The notes: generated by a model from the sequence alone, not told the origin. A DNA stretch of 64,000 nt from Candidatus Omnitrophota bacterium (GCA_043803685.1 JAZDJU010000037.1:169518-233517), one strand, 5' to 3'; numbered from the stretch's first letter, positions 9,493 through 19,225 are shown. Numbers and translations are program-made.

Positions 9493-10974
9493 TCAACGTT
9501 CTACGGGCAACGCACAACGCGAAAAACGGGCTTGGTTCTTTTCGTTGAGCGTTGCGCTTTGCTCGTTGCGCCTAGTGTCAGCTTCCCGAAGCGCCTGGAT
9601 CAACGCTTCCGCCTTGTGAAGCGTCTCTTCATATTCTTTCTCAGGATCCGAATCGTGCACGATCCCTGCGCCTACCTGAAGATGACCTTTCCCGTTCTTT
9701 AAAAGAAGGGTCCGGATCACAATGTTCAGGTCCATATCGCCGTAACGATCGATATATCCCAAAGAGCCGGTATAAAGGCCACGCCGCACAGGTTCGAGCT
9801 CATCAATGATCTCCATGCAACGGATCTTGGGACATCCCGTGATCGTCCCGCCCGGGAACACCGCGCGGATCAGATCCAGCACGTCCTTGCCTTTTTTGAG
9901 TCGTCCCGTGACCCTGGAAACCAGGTGCACCACGTGGGAATACTTCTCAAGCGTCATGAACTCTTCGACCTTCACGGAACGGTAACCGCAAACGCGCCCG
10001 AGATCATTGCGCTCAAGGTCCACGAGCATCAAATGCTCGGCCCTTTCTTTTTCATTTCGAAGAAGTCTCTTGCGCCATTCAGAAAGCTTGCCTGAGGAGC
10101 CGCGAGCCGGACACGTTCCCGCGATCGGACGCGTCTCGCAAAGATCGCCTTTTTTCCGGATCAATCGCTCCGGAGACGAACTGACGACCTCGAGCTCCCG
10201 TGTTTTCAGAAAACAGGAAAAAGGAGACGGGTTGATCGCTCGAAGTTTTCCGTACAGCGCGAGAGAGGACCCGCCATATCCAAAAGAAAAACGCTGGGAC
10301 AGATTCGCCTGATAAATATCCCCGGCCGCAATGTACTCCTTGGCTTTTCTCACCATGCGCGTGAACCGCCCTTGGGTCATTTCCGCCGCAAACTTTTTCA
10401 GTTTAAAAGGACGCGCCGACCGCGCCGAAGATTCCGCAAAATAACTTTTGAGTTTTTTTACTCCCCGCTCCACACTCTGCGCTCCATGCCCGTTTATCAC
10501 AAGGTGATAAACGCGTTTCTGCTGGTCGTACACGATCACGTTCCGGAAAAGCCCGAAATAAAGACGCGGCATGTCCGGCGCGAGCTTGGCTCTGAATTGG
10601 ATTTTGTCGCAAAGATCCGCGGTCTCATAACCGAAATAGCCGATGAACCCTCCGGTGAAAAAGGGGTGCGGATTCCGTCCGCGAATCTGATGCTTTTTGA
10701 GGATGTTTTTGAACGCGGGGAAAAATTTTTCGGCAGGATATTTTTCGCGCCGCTCGCCTTCCACAAGAACGGTCTTCTCATCCAGCCGGATCTCAAGATC
10801 GGGATCCATTCCGATGTACGAATAAAGATTCGAACGGCCCTGCCCCTTGAGATACCGCGTTCGATCCGAGTCAGGACTGTCTAAAAAAAAACAGGCCTTG
10901 GAATTCGCGTGGACCGCTTGAAAAATTTCCCAGGGAGTCTTGGAAGAACGGAGACTTTCGATCACAAAAGACAT
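9493..10974 (-). CDS. pabB: Aminodeoxychorismate/anthranilate synthase component I
   Basis: FTGGFIGYFGYE, GDIYQANLSQR, SSSPER, TRPIAGT, KERAEHLMLVDLERNDLGRV, FPGGTITGCPK, GAGIVHDS, EYEETLHKA. Confidence 0.88.
   Translation of the reverse strand: MSFVIESLRSSKTPWEIFQAVHANSKACFFLDSPDSDRTRYLKGQGRSNLYSYIGMDPDLEIRLDEKTVLVEGERREKYPAEKFFPAFKNILKKHQIRGRNPHPFFTGGFIGYFGYETADLCDKIQFRAKLAPDMPRLYFGLFRNVIVYDQQKRVYHLVINGHGAQSVERGVKKLKSYFAESSARSARPFKLKKFAAEMTQGRFTRMVRKAKEYIAAGDIYQANLSQRFSFGYGGSSLALYGKLRAINPSPFSCFLKTRELEVVSSSPERLIRKKGDLCETRPIAGTCPARGSSGKLSEWRKRLLRNEKERAEHLMLVDLERNDLGRVCGYRSVKVEEFMTLEKYSHVVHLVSRVTGRLKKGKDVLDLIRAVFPGGTITGCPKIRCMEIIDELEPVRRGLYTGSLGYIDRYGDMDLNIVIRTLLLKNGKGHLQVGAGIVHDSDPEKEYEETLHKAEALIQALREADTRRNEQSATLNEKNQARFSRCALPVER
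9494..9570. repeat. Heptamer-built palindrome (CAACGnn / CGTTGnn) translated as the PabB C-terminal tail
   Basis: caacgtt ctacggg caacgca caacgcg ...loop... cgttgag cgttgcg ctttgct cgttgcg. Confidence 0.8.
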
Positions 10975-11016
10975 AAGGCCCCCGAAAAAGGGCTGAGGAC
11001 TTCGCGCGTTTTGGAA

Positions 11017-12351
11017 TTATTCCTGATGCGAATAAAAAACAAGCCCTGTCGCGAGCTTGGGATAGAAATAGGTGGACTTTTGCGGCATCCGCTCGTTCAC
11101 AGCGCCCATTTTTTCGAGCATGTCGACCCTGGGAGGTTGTAAAAGAAAAACGGCCTGGGCTTCGCCTGTCTTGAGAGGTGCGACGGCCCCTTCGACCGTA
11201 TGTTCGAACTTAAGCACCGACTCCCACTGTTCTTCCTTAAGACCCAACAGTTCGGAAAAGATCAAGTGGGCTAGCACATTCACGTTCAGATCGTACCAAA
11301 CCTCGGGCTTGCCCTGCACCATCCGGGCCTTCGCCTTTTCCTTGTCGATCATGGTCAGAAGAAAACAACCTTCCTCAAGGACTAACCCGAAGATCTTTCC
11401 TTCTTGATCATAGGAAAGCGTCATCTCTTTGAGCTTCGCGAGAGAAACCTCTTCCACCTTGAAATATTCTCCGAGACGACGGATCACGTCACCGCCCGTC
11501 ATGCCAAGCTTTGTCACGATCCGGTGCGTTGGCAGCACGATGAACCCCGGATCATCAAAACTCACAAGTGCCATATACATATAATCGAAGGGAAAAAGCA
11601 CGAGATCCGACGAGCGGTGCTCTTCCCGCTGTTGTTTGGCATATTCAAGCGCGGTCTCGTAACGATGGTGACCGTCCGCGATATAAACCTTTTTATTCCG
11701 CAGGATCTTATGAAGCTTCGTGAGAATGTCCTGGTCCTCGATCGCCCAAAGGGTGTGCCCGATCTTATCTTCATCCTCGGCCTCGAAGATGGGATTCGAG
11801 TTCATAGGATCCTGGATGATGCTCCGGATCTCGTACCCGTTATCTTTGTAAAGACCGAAAGCGGGAGAAAAATTGGTCTTGACCGTCCGGAGGAGCTTCA
11901 TGCGATCTTCTTTAGGTCCACGGAGCGTCTTCTCGTGAGGAACGATGATCCCTTTTTCGAAAGGCTCAAGCCGTACACGGCCCAGCAACGCGAACCGGTT
12001 CTTGACCGCCTCGGTCACGGGATCTTTGAAGGTCTGCCGGTACACGTAATAACAAGGTTCCTGCTCCTGAACAAGAATGCCTTTCCGTTGCCACTCGAGG
12101 AACACGTCGCGCGCCCGCGTATAGGCATTGTTCTGCTCCGTATCCGCGGGATCCTTCTTGTTAAGGATGAGACGGATGCTGTTGAACGGCGAATTCTCGT
12201 AAAGTTTATATTGCTTTTCAACGGAGATGACGTCGTAGGGAGGCGCTAAAACCGCGGCCATTTTCACGCGTTCGGGGTCGTAACGCCAAGCCCGGAACGG
12301 CTGAAAATCAAGATGCTTTGTGGAATGACGAGAGCCGCGGAAGTCGTTCAT
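11017..12351 (-). CDS. DUF1015 family protein
   Basis: PFRAWRY, APPYDVIS, PHEKT, YIADGHHRYETA, PTHR, MPQKSTYFYPK. Start set at MNDFR (12351) because the upstream extension is repeat sequence. Confidence 0.9.
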   Translation of the reverse strand: MNDFRGSRHSTKHLDFQPFRAWRYDPERVKMAAVLAPPYDVISVEKQYKLYENSPFNSIRLILNKKDPADTEQNNAYTRARDVFLEWQRKGILVQEQEPCYYVYRQTFKDPVTEAVKNRFALLGRVRLEPFEKGIIVPHEKTLRGPKEDRMKLLRTVKTNFSPAFGLYKDNGYEIRSIIQDPMNSNPIFEAEDEDKIGHTLWAIEDQDILTKLHKILRNKKVYIADGHHRYETALEYAKQQREEHRSSDLVLFPFDYMYMALVSFDDPGFIVLPTHRIVTKLGMTGGDVIRRLGEYFKVEEVSLAKLKEMTLSYDQEGKIFGLVLEEGCFLLTMIDKEKAKARMVQGKPEVWYDLNVNVLAHLIFSELLGLKEEQWESVLKFEHTVEGAVAPLKTGEAQAVFLLQPPRVDMLEKMGAVNERMPQKSTYFYPKLATGLVFYSHQE

Positions 12352-12360
12352 AGGGGCAGA

Positions 12361-12389
12361 ATGGTAACACAGGGCCTGTTCTTTGACAA
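12361..12389 (-). promoter_or_regulatory. Sigma70-type promoter of the DUF1015 gene
   Basis: Minus strand TTGTCA-17 bp-TACCAT with TGn extension, 9 nt before the ATG. Confidence 0.55.
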
Positions 12390-12403
12390 GAATATCACCG
12401 CGC

Positions 12404-12627
12404 AAGGCGTACGGAGTACGGTGTACGGCGAAAAAAATTTCGCGTAACGCCGTACGCACTGAACAACCGATAAAGCTTCAATGAAGTTTAGTGCTGCCCA
12501 AGTCTTTATTTCTTTTCCTTAATGGCGACTTGGACTGCACTGATTTCCGATCCATTTTAATAAAAATCAGGTGCTGTCCCAATCAACTCAAAAAAATACG
12601 GGAAGATTGGGACGCCTTCCGCCGTAC
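12404..12627. repeat. Heptamer palindrome interrupted by a four-module hairpin array (12456-12613)
   Basis: Modules gcactgaac..gtttagtgc (12456-12494), gcccaagtc..gacttggac (12496-12535), gcactgattt..aaatcaggtgc (12537-12574), gtcccaatc..gattgggac (12576-12613), separated by single T; flanked by gccgtac | gccttcc gccgtac. Confidence 0.85.
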
Positions 12628-12632
12628 AAATT

Positions 12633-12953
12633 TTATTTAACTTTCGCCCCGTCGGAAATGGGACGTTCGGGAACGACCAGGGTCAACAGAGTAGCATCCG
12701 AAGCCGCAAGAAGCATCCCTTGAGATTCGACGCCACGGATGACGGCGGGGTCCAGATTGTCGATAATGACGATCTTCTTCCCCTTCAACTGCTCCTCGGT
12801 ATAGTGAGCCCGGATCCCGGCCACGATCTGCTTGCGCACTTCGCCCACCTTAATCCCTAGCACATAGAGACGATCCGCGTTGGGGTGAGGGGTCACGCTT
12901 TCGATCTCGGCCACTTTGATGTCTAATTTCTGGAAATCTTCATAGGAAGCCAT
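12633..12953 (-). CDS. tRNA-binding OB-fold protein (MetRS C-terminal/Trbp111/CsaA-like)
   Basis: EDFQKLDIKVAEI, HPNADRLY, KQIVAGIR, NLDPAVIRGVESQGMLLAA. Confidence 0.92.
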   Translation of the reverse strand: MASYEDFQKLDIKVAEIESVTPHPNADRLYVLGIKVGEVRKQIVAGIRAHYTEEQLKGKKIVIIDNLDPAVIRGVESQGMLLAASDATLLTLVVPERPISDGAKVK

Positions 12954-13137
12954 CGTTCATCACTCCTTTTTAATGGAAATACACTCAGCTCTTGAACAAA
13001 CTGTCCCAAGCGCTCTTTGAGAAAGGCGGTATTTTATCACAAAAGAAAACCATGCAAAGAACAAACCCTTTAAGGGTTATCGGACGCATCCTTCGTAACT
13101 TCCGCTACCCATAATGCTTAGGAACACCTTGTTTCCC

Positions 13138-13165
13138 TTGATTTTCGAAGGCTTACTGCTATGAT
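13138..13165 (+). promoter_or_regulatory. Putative sigma70 promoter of the ino1 operon
   Basis: TTGATT-16 bp-TATGAT with TGn extension; GGAGG RBS before the ATG at 13224. Confidence 0.5.
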
Positions 13166-13223
13166 ATCTCGCCGTCATCTAAAAAACCCATCGTCTTCAT
13201 ATTAAATCAACCGGGAGGAATTC

Positions 13224-14339
13224 ATGGGAAAGATCAAGATCGCTATCGCCGGCGTCGGTAATTGCGCGGCTTCGCTTGTGCAAGGGATCGAGCATTATCG
13301 AGCCATTGCCAGCCGGAAACCTGAGAAGAATAAACCCATCGAGCACCTGGGTCTCATGAATTATGACATGGGCGGTTATCTCCCCCAGGACATCGAGGTC
13401 GTAGCGGCCTTCGACATCGACAAGCGCAAAGTGGGCGAACGCCTGGATATCGCGCTTGCCGCAAAACCGAATTGCGTCTGGTCTATCGGCCCTCTCCCGA
13501 AAAGCAAGATCAAGGTCGAGATGGGCAACATTCTGGATGGAGTCTCTGAGCACATGAGCGGTTATAAAGATGACCGCACCTTCCTCCCTTCCGACAAAAA
13601 ACCCTGCAACGTCGAAAAGGTTTTGAGAGAGAGCGGCGCGGAGATCCTGATCAACTATCTTCCGGTCGGTTCCCAGAAAGCCACCGAATTTTATGCCGAG
13701 GCGTGCCTGAAAACAGGCGTGAGCCTCATCAATTGCATGCCGGTCTTCATCGTCTCGAATCCGGCCTGGGCGAAGCGTTTCGAGGCCAAGCGTATTCCTT
13801 GCGTCGGCGATGATATCAAGGCCCAGATTGGCGCGACAGTCACGCACCGCACGCTCGCGAAGCTTTTCATGGACCGCGGCGTCAAGATCGACCGCACCTA
13901 TCAGCTGAACACCGGCGGCAACACGGACTTCCTCAACATGCTCAATCGCGCGCGTCTGGAATCCAAGAAGATCTCCAAGACCTCTGCCGTCCAGAGCCAG
14001 CTCGACATTCCACTCGATGAGGACAACATCCACATCGGCCCTTCGGATTATGTTCCCTGGCAAAACGACAACAAGGTCTGTTATCTCAGGATCGAGGGCC
14101 GCGGCTTTGGCGGTTTTCCTGTCACCGCCGAGATGCGCCTTTCTGTTGAGGACTCTCCCAATAGCGCGGGCTGTTCGATCGATGCGATACGCGCCTGCAG
14201 GATCGCGCGCGACCGTAAGATCGGCGGACCGCTCATCTCCATGTCGGCCTATACCATGAAGCATCCGCCCAAACAGATCGTGGATTACGAAGCCAAGGAG
14301 CTTGTCCGCAAGTTCATCCAGGGCACCTGCCCCCGGTAA
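13224..14339 (+). CDS. ino1: Myo-inositol-1(3)-phosphate synthase
   Basis: IAGVGNCAASLVQG, NYLPVGS, GDDIKAQIGAT, YQLNTGGNTDFLNM, SKKISKT, EDSPNSAG. Confidence 0.95.
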   Translation: MGKIKIAIAGVGNCAASLVQGIEHYRAIASRKPEKNKPIEHLGLMNYDMGGYLPQDIEVVAAFDIDKRKVGERLDIALAAKPNCVWSIGPLPKSKIKVEMGNILDGVSEHMSGYKDDRTFLPSDKKPCNVEKVLRESGAEILINYLPVGSQKATEFYAEACLKTGVSLINCMPVFIVSNPAWAKRFEAKRIPCVGDDIKAQIGATVTHRTLAKLFMDRGVKIDRTYQLNTGGNTDFLNMLNRARLESKKISKTSAVQSQLDIPLDEDNIHIGPSDYVPWQNDNKVCYLRIEGRGFGGFPVTAEMRLSVEDSPNSAGCSIDAIRACRIARDRKIGGPLISMSAYTMKHPPKQIVDYEAKELVRKFIQGTCPR

Positions 14340-14345
14340 CTAGCC

Positions 14346-14942
14346 ATGTCCCTGCGCGAAACCCTTTATCCAAAGGTCGAGCCGCTCGCCAAACGGATCG
14401 TTGCCTTTTTGATCGCGCAAAACATTTCCCCGATGCAGTTGACGCTCGGAGGAGCGGCCCTGAGTCTCCTCACCGGTGTCATCTACGCCAAAGGATATCT
14501 TTTCCTCGGAGGAATCATGCTTTTCATCGCCGGGGCCGCAGATCTCCTCGATGGCCTCCTGGCGCGCTCGACGGGAAAAACCAGCACCTTCGGCGCGTTC
14601 CTGGATTCGGCCGTGGACCGCTACTCCGATTTCTTCGTATTTGCGGGCCTCGCGGCTTACTTTGTTCGTAACGGCGAGATCTTCTGGTTCTTCGTCACGC
14701 TCGGCATCCTTCTCGGATGCTTCGTGGTCAGCTATACCAAGGCGCGCGCCGAAAACTTCATTAAAAATTGCGGCATCGGCATCTTCGGAAGATCGGAGAG
14801 GGTCCTTCTCCTGATCGCGGGTACGCTTGTGGCGCCGCTCCTGAAACTCGTGTTGCTGGTTCTGCTCGTGGGAACACACGTCACCGCGATCCAGCGCATT
14901 CTCCACACAAAAAAGACCCTCGCCGAAACCCCACAGGGTTAA
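14346..14942 (+). CDS. CDP-alcohol phosphatidyltransferase (putative phosphatidylinositol-phosphate synthase)
   Basis: DLLDGLLAR...FGAFLDSAVDRYSD signature, VSYTKARAE, hydrophobic; directly after ino1. Confidence 0.88.
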   Translation: MSLRETLYPKVEPLAKRIVAFLIAQNISPMQLTLGGAALSLLTGVIYAKGYLFLGGIMLFIAGAADLLDGLLARSTGKTSTFGAFLDSAVDRYSDFFVFAGLAAYFVRNGEIFWFFVTLGILLGCFVVSYTKARAENFIKNCGIGIFGRSERVLLLIAGTLVAPLLKLVLLVLLVGTHVTAIQRILHTKKTLAETPQG

Positions 14943-16274
14943 ATGGCACGCCCAAGTCTTTGCTTTCCCTTCCTTAAGGGCGACTTGGACAGCCCCAATC
15001 TCAGAAAATCTTCGATTGATAGGTATTGGGACCGCCTAGGTCTTTGTTTTCCTTGTAGGTCTTGGGACCGCGCGTCGCGTTCCTTTTTCTGGGCCTTCCT
15101 CCTTGTCTCCTTTCTAGGCTTCGTCCCTATTTCCTTGGCGGAAACAGCATCGAGCGCGGAGCTGGAAGGCGTTCTCCGGAAGATCGAGTCCCGGCATTAC
15201 CGCTGGATCGCGATCCGCGCGGATGTACTCCTCTTTTTCGCGAAAGCCGGAGATCCAAACGCCATGTGCGGCGGCGAGCTTTTGTACCAACGTCTTGACG
15301 AGCGCATGTTCCTGACCTGCGTCGACGCGAAACAGGAGCTGCTTTTCGTCTTTCGCACGTCTGACCGCCGCTTTGATCTTTATCTTCCAGGCCAAAACAA
15401 GGTCTATCACGGATCGATCTTCGACATGGAAGACTCTCCGGACATTGAAAGCCATCTAAAAGCCCGCGACCTTTACCGGGCGCTCAAACCGACCGCCGTC
15501 GACCCCCGCCGCACACAGATCGAGCGAACCAATTCCGCGATCACGAGTTTGGACGTTTATGGCCGTAACGACAGCGAGAAACTCCTGGTAAGAAAACTGT
15601 ACCTGACGCCCGAAGGGGACGTGCGCGGCGAGCTTTTTTACGATCCCAAAGGCCGTCCTGTCACCGAAATCCAGCGCTATGATTTTCGCGAACTCCGGGG
15701 CCGTAGCGGTCTTTATGATTCCGTGATCTTCCCGAAAAAGATCACGATCTTGTCTCCCGAAACAAAAAAAGGAAGCGCGATCTTCTTTACCAACGTCACG
15801 GCCTTGGATACGGCCGACCCGTTGGATTTCATTCTAAGGGTCCCTCCCGGAACGCAGGAGATCTTCCTGGATGAAAAAGATCCGCGTTTTCAACGCTCAA
15901 AATCATCGGAAAGTGAGGTCCGCCTCGCCCCCAAAGTGGGACGCTTTACTCCCTTGACGCCTGAAAAGGCTCCCAAGAAAGCCGGAACTGCTCCGCTCTC
16001 GCCGCAAAGCGCAAAGATCGCTCCTTTGCCTGCGACCGGAACCAAACCTGTTAAAGAGAACCTTCCCGCTTCCACGAAGGAAAAACCCACTGAGTTCGAG
16101 AGCCCCTCTCCTCAGAGGGAATCCATGAAGCCCTCAACCAAAGCGACGCCGCCCGAAAACCCGGATGCGGACATCGCGCCGGAAGGCCCGCCTCCGACGG
16201 AACCGTCCGCCGCCAACCCTCAAACCACCCTTGATCCGTCTGTACAACCTTCGTTAGAAATGGCCCTTTCTTAA
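14943..16274 (+). CDS. Secreted/periplasmic hypothetical protein, possibly LolA-like beta fold, with Pro/Lys/Glu-rich tail; 120-bp hairpin array inserted near the start
   Basis: Signal-like FFWAFLLVSFLGFVPISLA-ET, beta-rich core ending FILRVPPGTQEI, low-complexity C-terminus. The fold is inferred. Confidence 0.7.
   Translation: MARPSLCFPFLKGDLDSPNLRKSSIDRYWDRLGLCFPCRSWDRASRSFFWAFLLVSFLGFVPISLAETASSAELEGVLRKIESRHYRWIAIRADVLLFFAKAGDPNAMCGGELLYQRLDERMFLTCVDAKQELLFVFRTSDRRFDLYLPGQNKVYHGSIFDMEDSPDIESHLKARDLYRALKPTAVDPRRTQIERTNSAITSLDVYGRNDSEKLLVRKLYLTPEGDVRGELFYDPKGRPVTEIQRYDFRELRGRSGLYDSVIFPKKITILSPETKKGSAIFFTNVTALDTADPLDFILRVPPGTQEIFLDEKDPRFQRSKSSESEVRLAPKVGRFTPLTPEKAPKKAGTAPLSPQSAKIAPLPATGTKPVKENLPASTKEKPTEFESPSPQRESMKPSTKATPPENPDADIAPEGPPPTEPSAANPQTTLDPSVQPSLEMALS
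14950..15069. repeat. Three-module hairpin array, in-frame within the CDS
   Basis: gcccaagtc..gacttggac (14950-14990), gccccaatc..tattgggac (14992-15032), gcctaggtc..cttgggac (15034-15068), 1-nt linkers. Confidence 0.8.
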
Positions 16275-16540
16275 AAACTCTTTTTCAGGAAATATCCGGG
16301 CGTTGTCGAGCCTAAACCCTCATTAATAAACTCCTCGCGGTCCCTTTGTTTTAAAAACCATTCGAATCGTTCCGCCCTTTTTATATATTTACTGCAGACC
16401 CTCGCTTATTGTGCTAGTTTGTTATCGTTTGAGCGAAAACTTTAGAGATGCGTCCATGCCCATCCGTCTTGGCCCGCGGTCTCTGATCGTGCAACCAAAA
16501 ACAGCGCAAAGGGTGTTCCCTATCGAAAGGTGGGTTTAAA

Positions 16541-17782
16541 ATGATCGCTCAAAATCCAGGAAACTTTTGGCCGGTACTTGTTTTAGCTCTGTCCCTTTCG
16601 TTGTTCAGCGCCTGTGATCAAAAAATCAAGGCCGTGGGAGATCCAACCCAGACCCAGGGGATCACGGATACTGAAATATTGCTCGGAAACTCTTCCCCCC
16701 AGTCGGGACACGCCCAGCATCTCGGCACCCACTATCTTCGCGGGGCCATGGTTTTTTTTGAGGATCTGAATAGCCGCGGCGGTATTTTGGGAAGAAAGAT
16801 CCGTGTGATCAGTTACGATGACCAATACGATCCTTCCCATTGCGTTTTGAATACGCAAAAGCTCATAGGACAGGATAAGGTATTCGCCCTTTTTAACTAC
16901 GTGGGAACTCCCACGACCATAAAAATTTCTCCTATCGTCGAGGAATCGAAGATCCCTCTAGTGGGCGTGTTTTCGGGCGCGGATGTCCTGAGAAACCCTG
17001 TCAAAAAATATATTTTTAACATTCGCAGTTCGTATTCTATGGAAGTCGATCAAACCGTAATGCATTGCGTAGATGATCTTGGATTTAAAAAACTAGCAGT
17101 TTTTTATCAGAATGATGCTTTCGGAATCGACGTTCTCAAGGGAATCGAGACCGCATTGAAACGCTACAAACTGAAGCCGGTCGTCACGGAAAGCTACGAA
17201 CGCGGGACCCTGAATGTGGAACGCGCCGCCAAGAGCATCCTGACATCGGGCGCTGACGCGGTGATCATGGCAGGCCTCTACAGCCCCTGCAGTAAATTCG
17301 TCCGGCTTATGAAAGATGCCGGCTCCTCCATGATCTTTTTCAGCAGTTCCTTTGTGGGCGCGGAGGAGTTCGCGAAAGAACTCGGAGAAAAAGACTCTAC
17401 CGGCGTGATCATTTCACAAGTGGTCCCTCCGCCCAGCTTCGACGTGTTAAGCACCGTCAGAAATTATAAGAAGCTCAGCAAACGCTATTTCCCCGAGAGC
17501 CAGCCCGACATCGTTGCTTTGGAGGGTTTTGTCAACGCAAAGGTTATCGCGGAAGGCCTCAAAAGGGCGGGAAAGGACCTGTCGCGGGAAAAATTCGTCC
17601 AAGCGCTCGAATCCCTGCATGATTACTCCGGCGGCATTGGGAACCCGATCGATTTCAGCGAGAGCAATCATAGTGGGCTTAGTTACGTTTTTTTCACGAG
17701 GATCAAAAATGGGGATCTCGTGTTTTTTGATGATTGGCAGGAAATCAAAAACGAGATGGCCCTAGTCCCGCGTGATATTTAA
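16541..17782 (+). CDS. Periplasmic binding protein type 1 (Leu/Ile/Val-binding family), lipoprotein, copy 1
   Basis: Lipobox-like LFSAC, GITDTEILLG, GGILGRKI..YDDQYDP, VFALFNYVGTP, AVFYQNDAFG, LEGFVNAKV. Confidence 0.9.
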   Translation: MIAQNPGNFWPVLVLALSLSLFSACDQKIKAVGDPTQTQGITDTEILLGNSSPQSGHAQHLGTHYLRGAMVFFEDLNSRGGILGRKIRVISYDDQYDPSHCVLNTQKLIGQDKVFALFNYVGTPTTIKISPIVEESKIPLVGVFSGADVLRNPVKKYIFNIRSSYSMEVDQTVMHCVDDLGFKKLAVFYQNDAFGIDVLKGIETALKRYKLKPVVTESYERGTLNVERAAKSILTSGADAVIMAGLYSPCSKFVRLMKDAGSSMIFFSSSFVGAEEFAKELGEKDSTGVIISQVVPPPSFDVLSTVRNYKKLSKRYFPESQPDIVALEGFVNAKVIAEGLKRAGKDLSREKFVQALESLHDYSGGIGNPIDFSESNHSGLSYVFFTRIKNGDLVFFDDWQEIKNEMALVPRDI

Positions 17783-17891
17783 AATTAGGAGTATGCGGTA
17801 GGGCGCCCCATGGCACTCGTTTAAGTGGTTTTGGATCGCATCAAATAAGAAATAGCGCAAAGGGAATTCCCTTTCGAAAGGTGGGTGTAAA

Positions 17892-19115
17892 ATGATCGCT
17901 CAAAATCCAGGAAACTTTTGGCCGGTGCTTGTTTTGACTCTGTCCCTTTCGCTCTTCAGCGCCTGTGATCAAAAAATCAAGCCGGTGGGAGATCCGACCC
18001 AGACCCAGGGGATCACGGAAACCGAAATATTGCTCGGGAACTCTTCCCCCTTCACAGGACACGCCCAGCATCTCGGCACCCACAACCTCCGCGGGGCCAT
18101 GATTTTCTTCAATGACCTGAATAGCCGCGGCGGGATCAACGGGAGAAAGATCCGGGTGATCAGTTACGATGATCAATACGATCCGCCCCAGTGTGTTCTG
18201 AACACTCAAAAGCTCCTAGGACAGGATAAGGTATTCGCCCTCTTCAACTATTTCGGATCCCCCACCACCCTCAAAGTTATTCCGATGCTCGAGCAGACGA
18301 AAACCCCTCTGGTCGGTGTGTTTTCAGGTGCGGATTTTTTGAGAAATCCTGTAAAAAAATATATTTTTAACATCCGTGGCTCGTATCATCTGGAAACCAA
18401 TCGAGCCGTGATGCATTTCGTCGAGGACCTTGGATTCAAAAAGCTCGCGGTTTTTTATCAAAATGATGCCTTTGGGATCGACGGCCTCAAAGGAACCGAG
18501 ATCGCGCTTGCGCACTATGGTCTGAAACCGGTCGCCGCGGAAAGTTATGATCGTGGGGCCCTGAATGTGGAGAACGCCGCCGAGATCATCCGCCAATCAG
18601 GCGCGGAGGGGGTGGTCATGGTCGCGCTCTACGGGCCAGCCAGTAAATTCATTAAACTCTTGAAAGACGCCGGCTCCCCGATGATCTTCTACGTAGTGTC
18701 TCCTGTGGGGACTTCTGAGCTTGTGAAACAACTGGGGGATAAATACAGCGACGGAGTGATCATCTCGCACGTAGTGCCGTCCCCCGACCTTGACGTGTTA
18801 AGCTCCGTCCGGGAGTATAAAATGCTCAATGAGCGCTATTATCCCGAAAGCCAGCCCAACGTTGTCGCTTTGGAGGGTTATGTCAATGCCAAGGTGATCG
18901 CGGAAGGCCTCACGCGGGCCGGTAAGGATCTCACACGAGAGAAGTTCGTCCAAGCGTTGGAGTCCTTGCGTGATTACTCTTGCGGCATCGGGAACCCGCT
19001 CAATTTCAGCGCGGAGAATCATGAAGGGATCAAATCCGTCTTTTTCACAAAGATCGAAAAAGGAGAACTTGTATTTATTTCGAATTTCCGGGAAGTCATG
19101 GAAGGCAAGGTTTAG
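17892..19115 (+). CDS. Periplasmic binding protein type 1 (Leu/Ile/Val-binding family), lipoprotein, copy 2
   Basis: Collinear paralog of 16541-17782 with near-identical N-terminus and leader. Confidence 0.9.
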   Translation: MIAQNPGNFWPVLVLTLSLSLFSACDQKIKPVGDPTQTQGITETEILLGNSSPFTGHAQHLGTHNLRGAMIFFNDLNSRGGINGRKIRVISYDDQYDPPQCVLNTQKLLGQDKVFALFNYFGSPTTLKVIPMLEQTKTPLVGVFSGADFLRNPVKKYIFNIRGSYHLETNRAVMHFVEDLGFKKLAVFYQNDAFGIDGLKGTEIALAHYGLKPVAAESYDRGALNVENAAEIIRQSGAEGVVMVALYGPASKFIKLLKDAGSPMIFYVVSPVGTSELVKQLGDKYSDGVIISHVVPSPDLDVLSSVREYKMLNERYYPESQPNVVALEGYVNAKVIAEGLTRAGKDLTREKFVQALESLRDYSCGIGNPLNFSAENHEGIKSVFFTKIEKGELVFISNFREVMEGKV

Positions 19116-19225
19116 CGCCGCATGAGAATTTAAATGAAGGGGACGCGATACAGCCCTTGTGATCCTATATTTTTTTTGAGAACAAGTGCTGTTAACCCCT
19201 AAGATCAAATGGAGAACAGGACTCA

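Noticed and set aside
12352..12459. N-terminal ORF extensions in the track (also folC, phoU, pstB, 47210 kinase, pseudouridine synthase)
   Set aside because: They run through repeats or promoters; downstream starts fit family N-termini and RBS or promoter positions better.
12456..12613. CRISPR array (about 40-bp periodicity)
   Set aside because: There is no constant direct repeat, the pairing is across each unit, the loops recur at other loci, and no cas genes are present.
16500..16540. c-di-GMP-I riboswitch in the duplicated SBP leaders (also 17851-17891)
   Set aside because: A GAAA-tetraloop hairpin and CGCAAAG are present but in the wrong order, and there is no second stem. Conservation is explained by the duplication.
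17811..17826. Sigma54 promoter (TGGCAC)
   Set aside because: The -12 TTGC element is absent.
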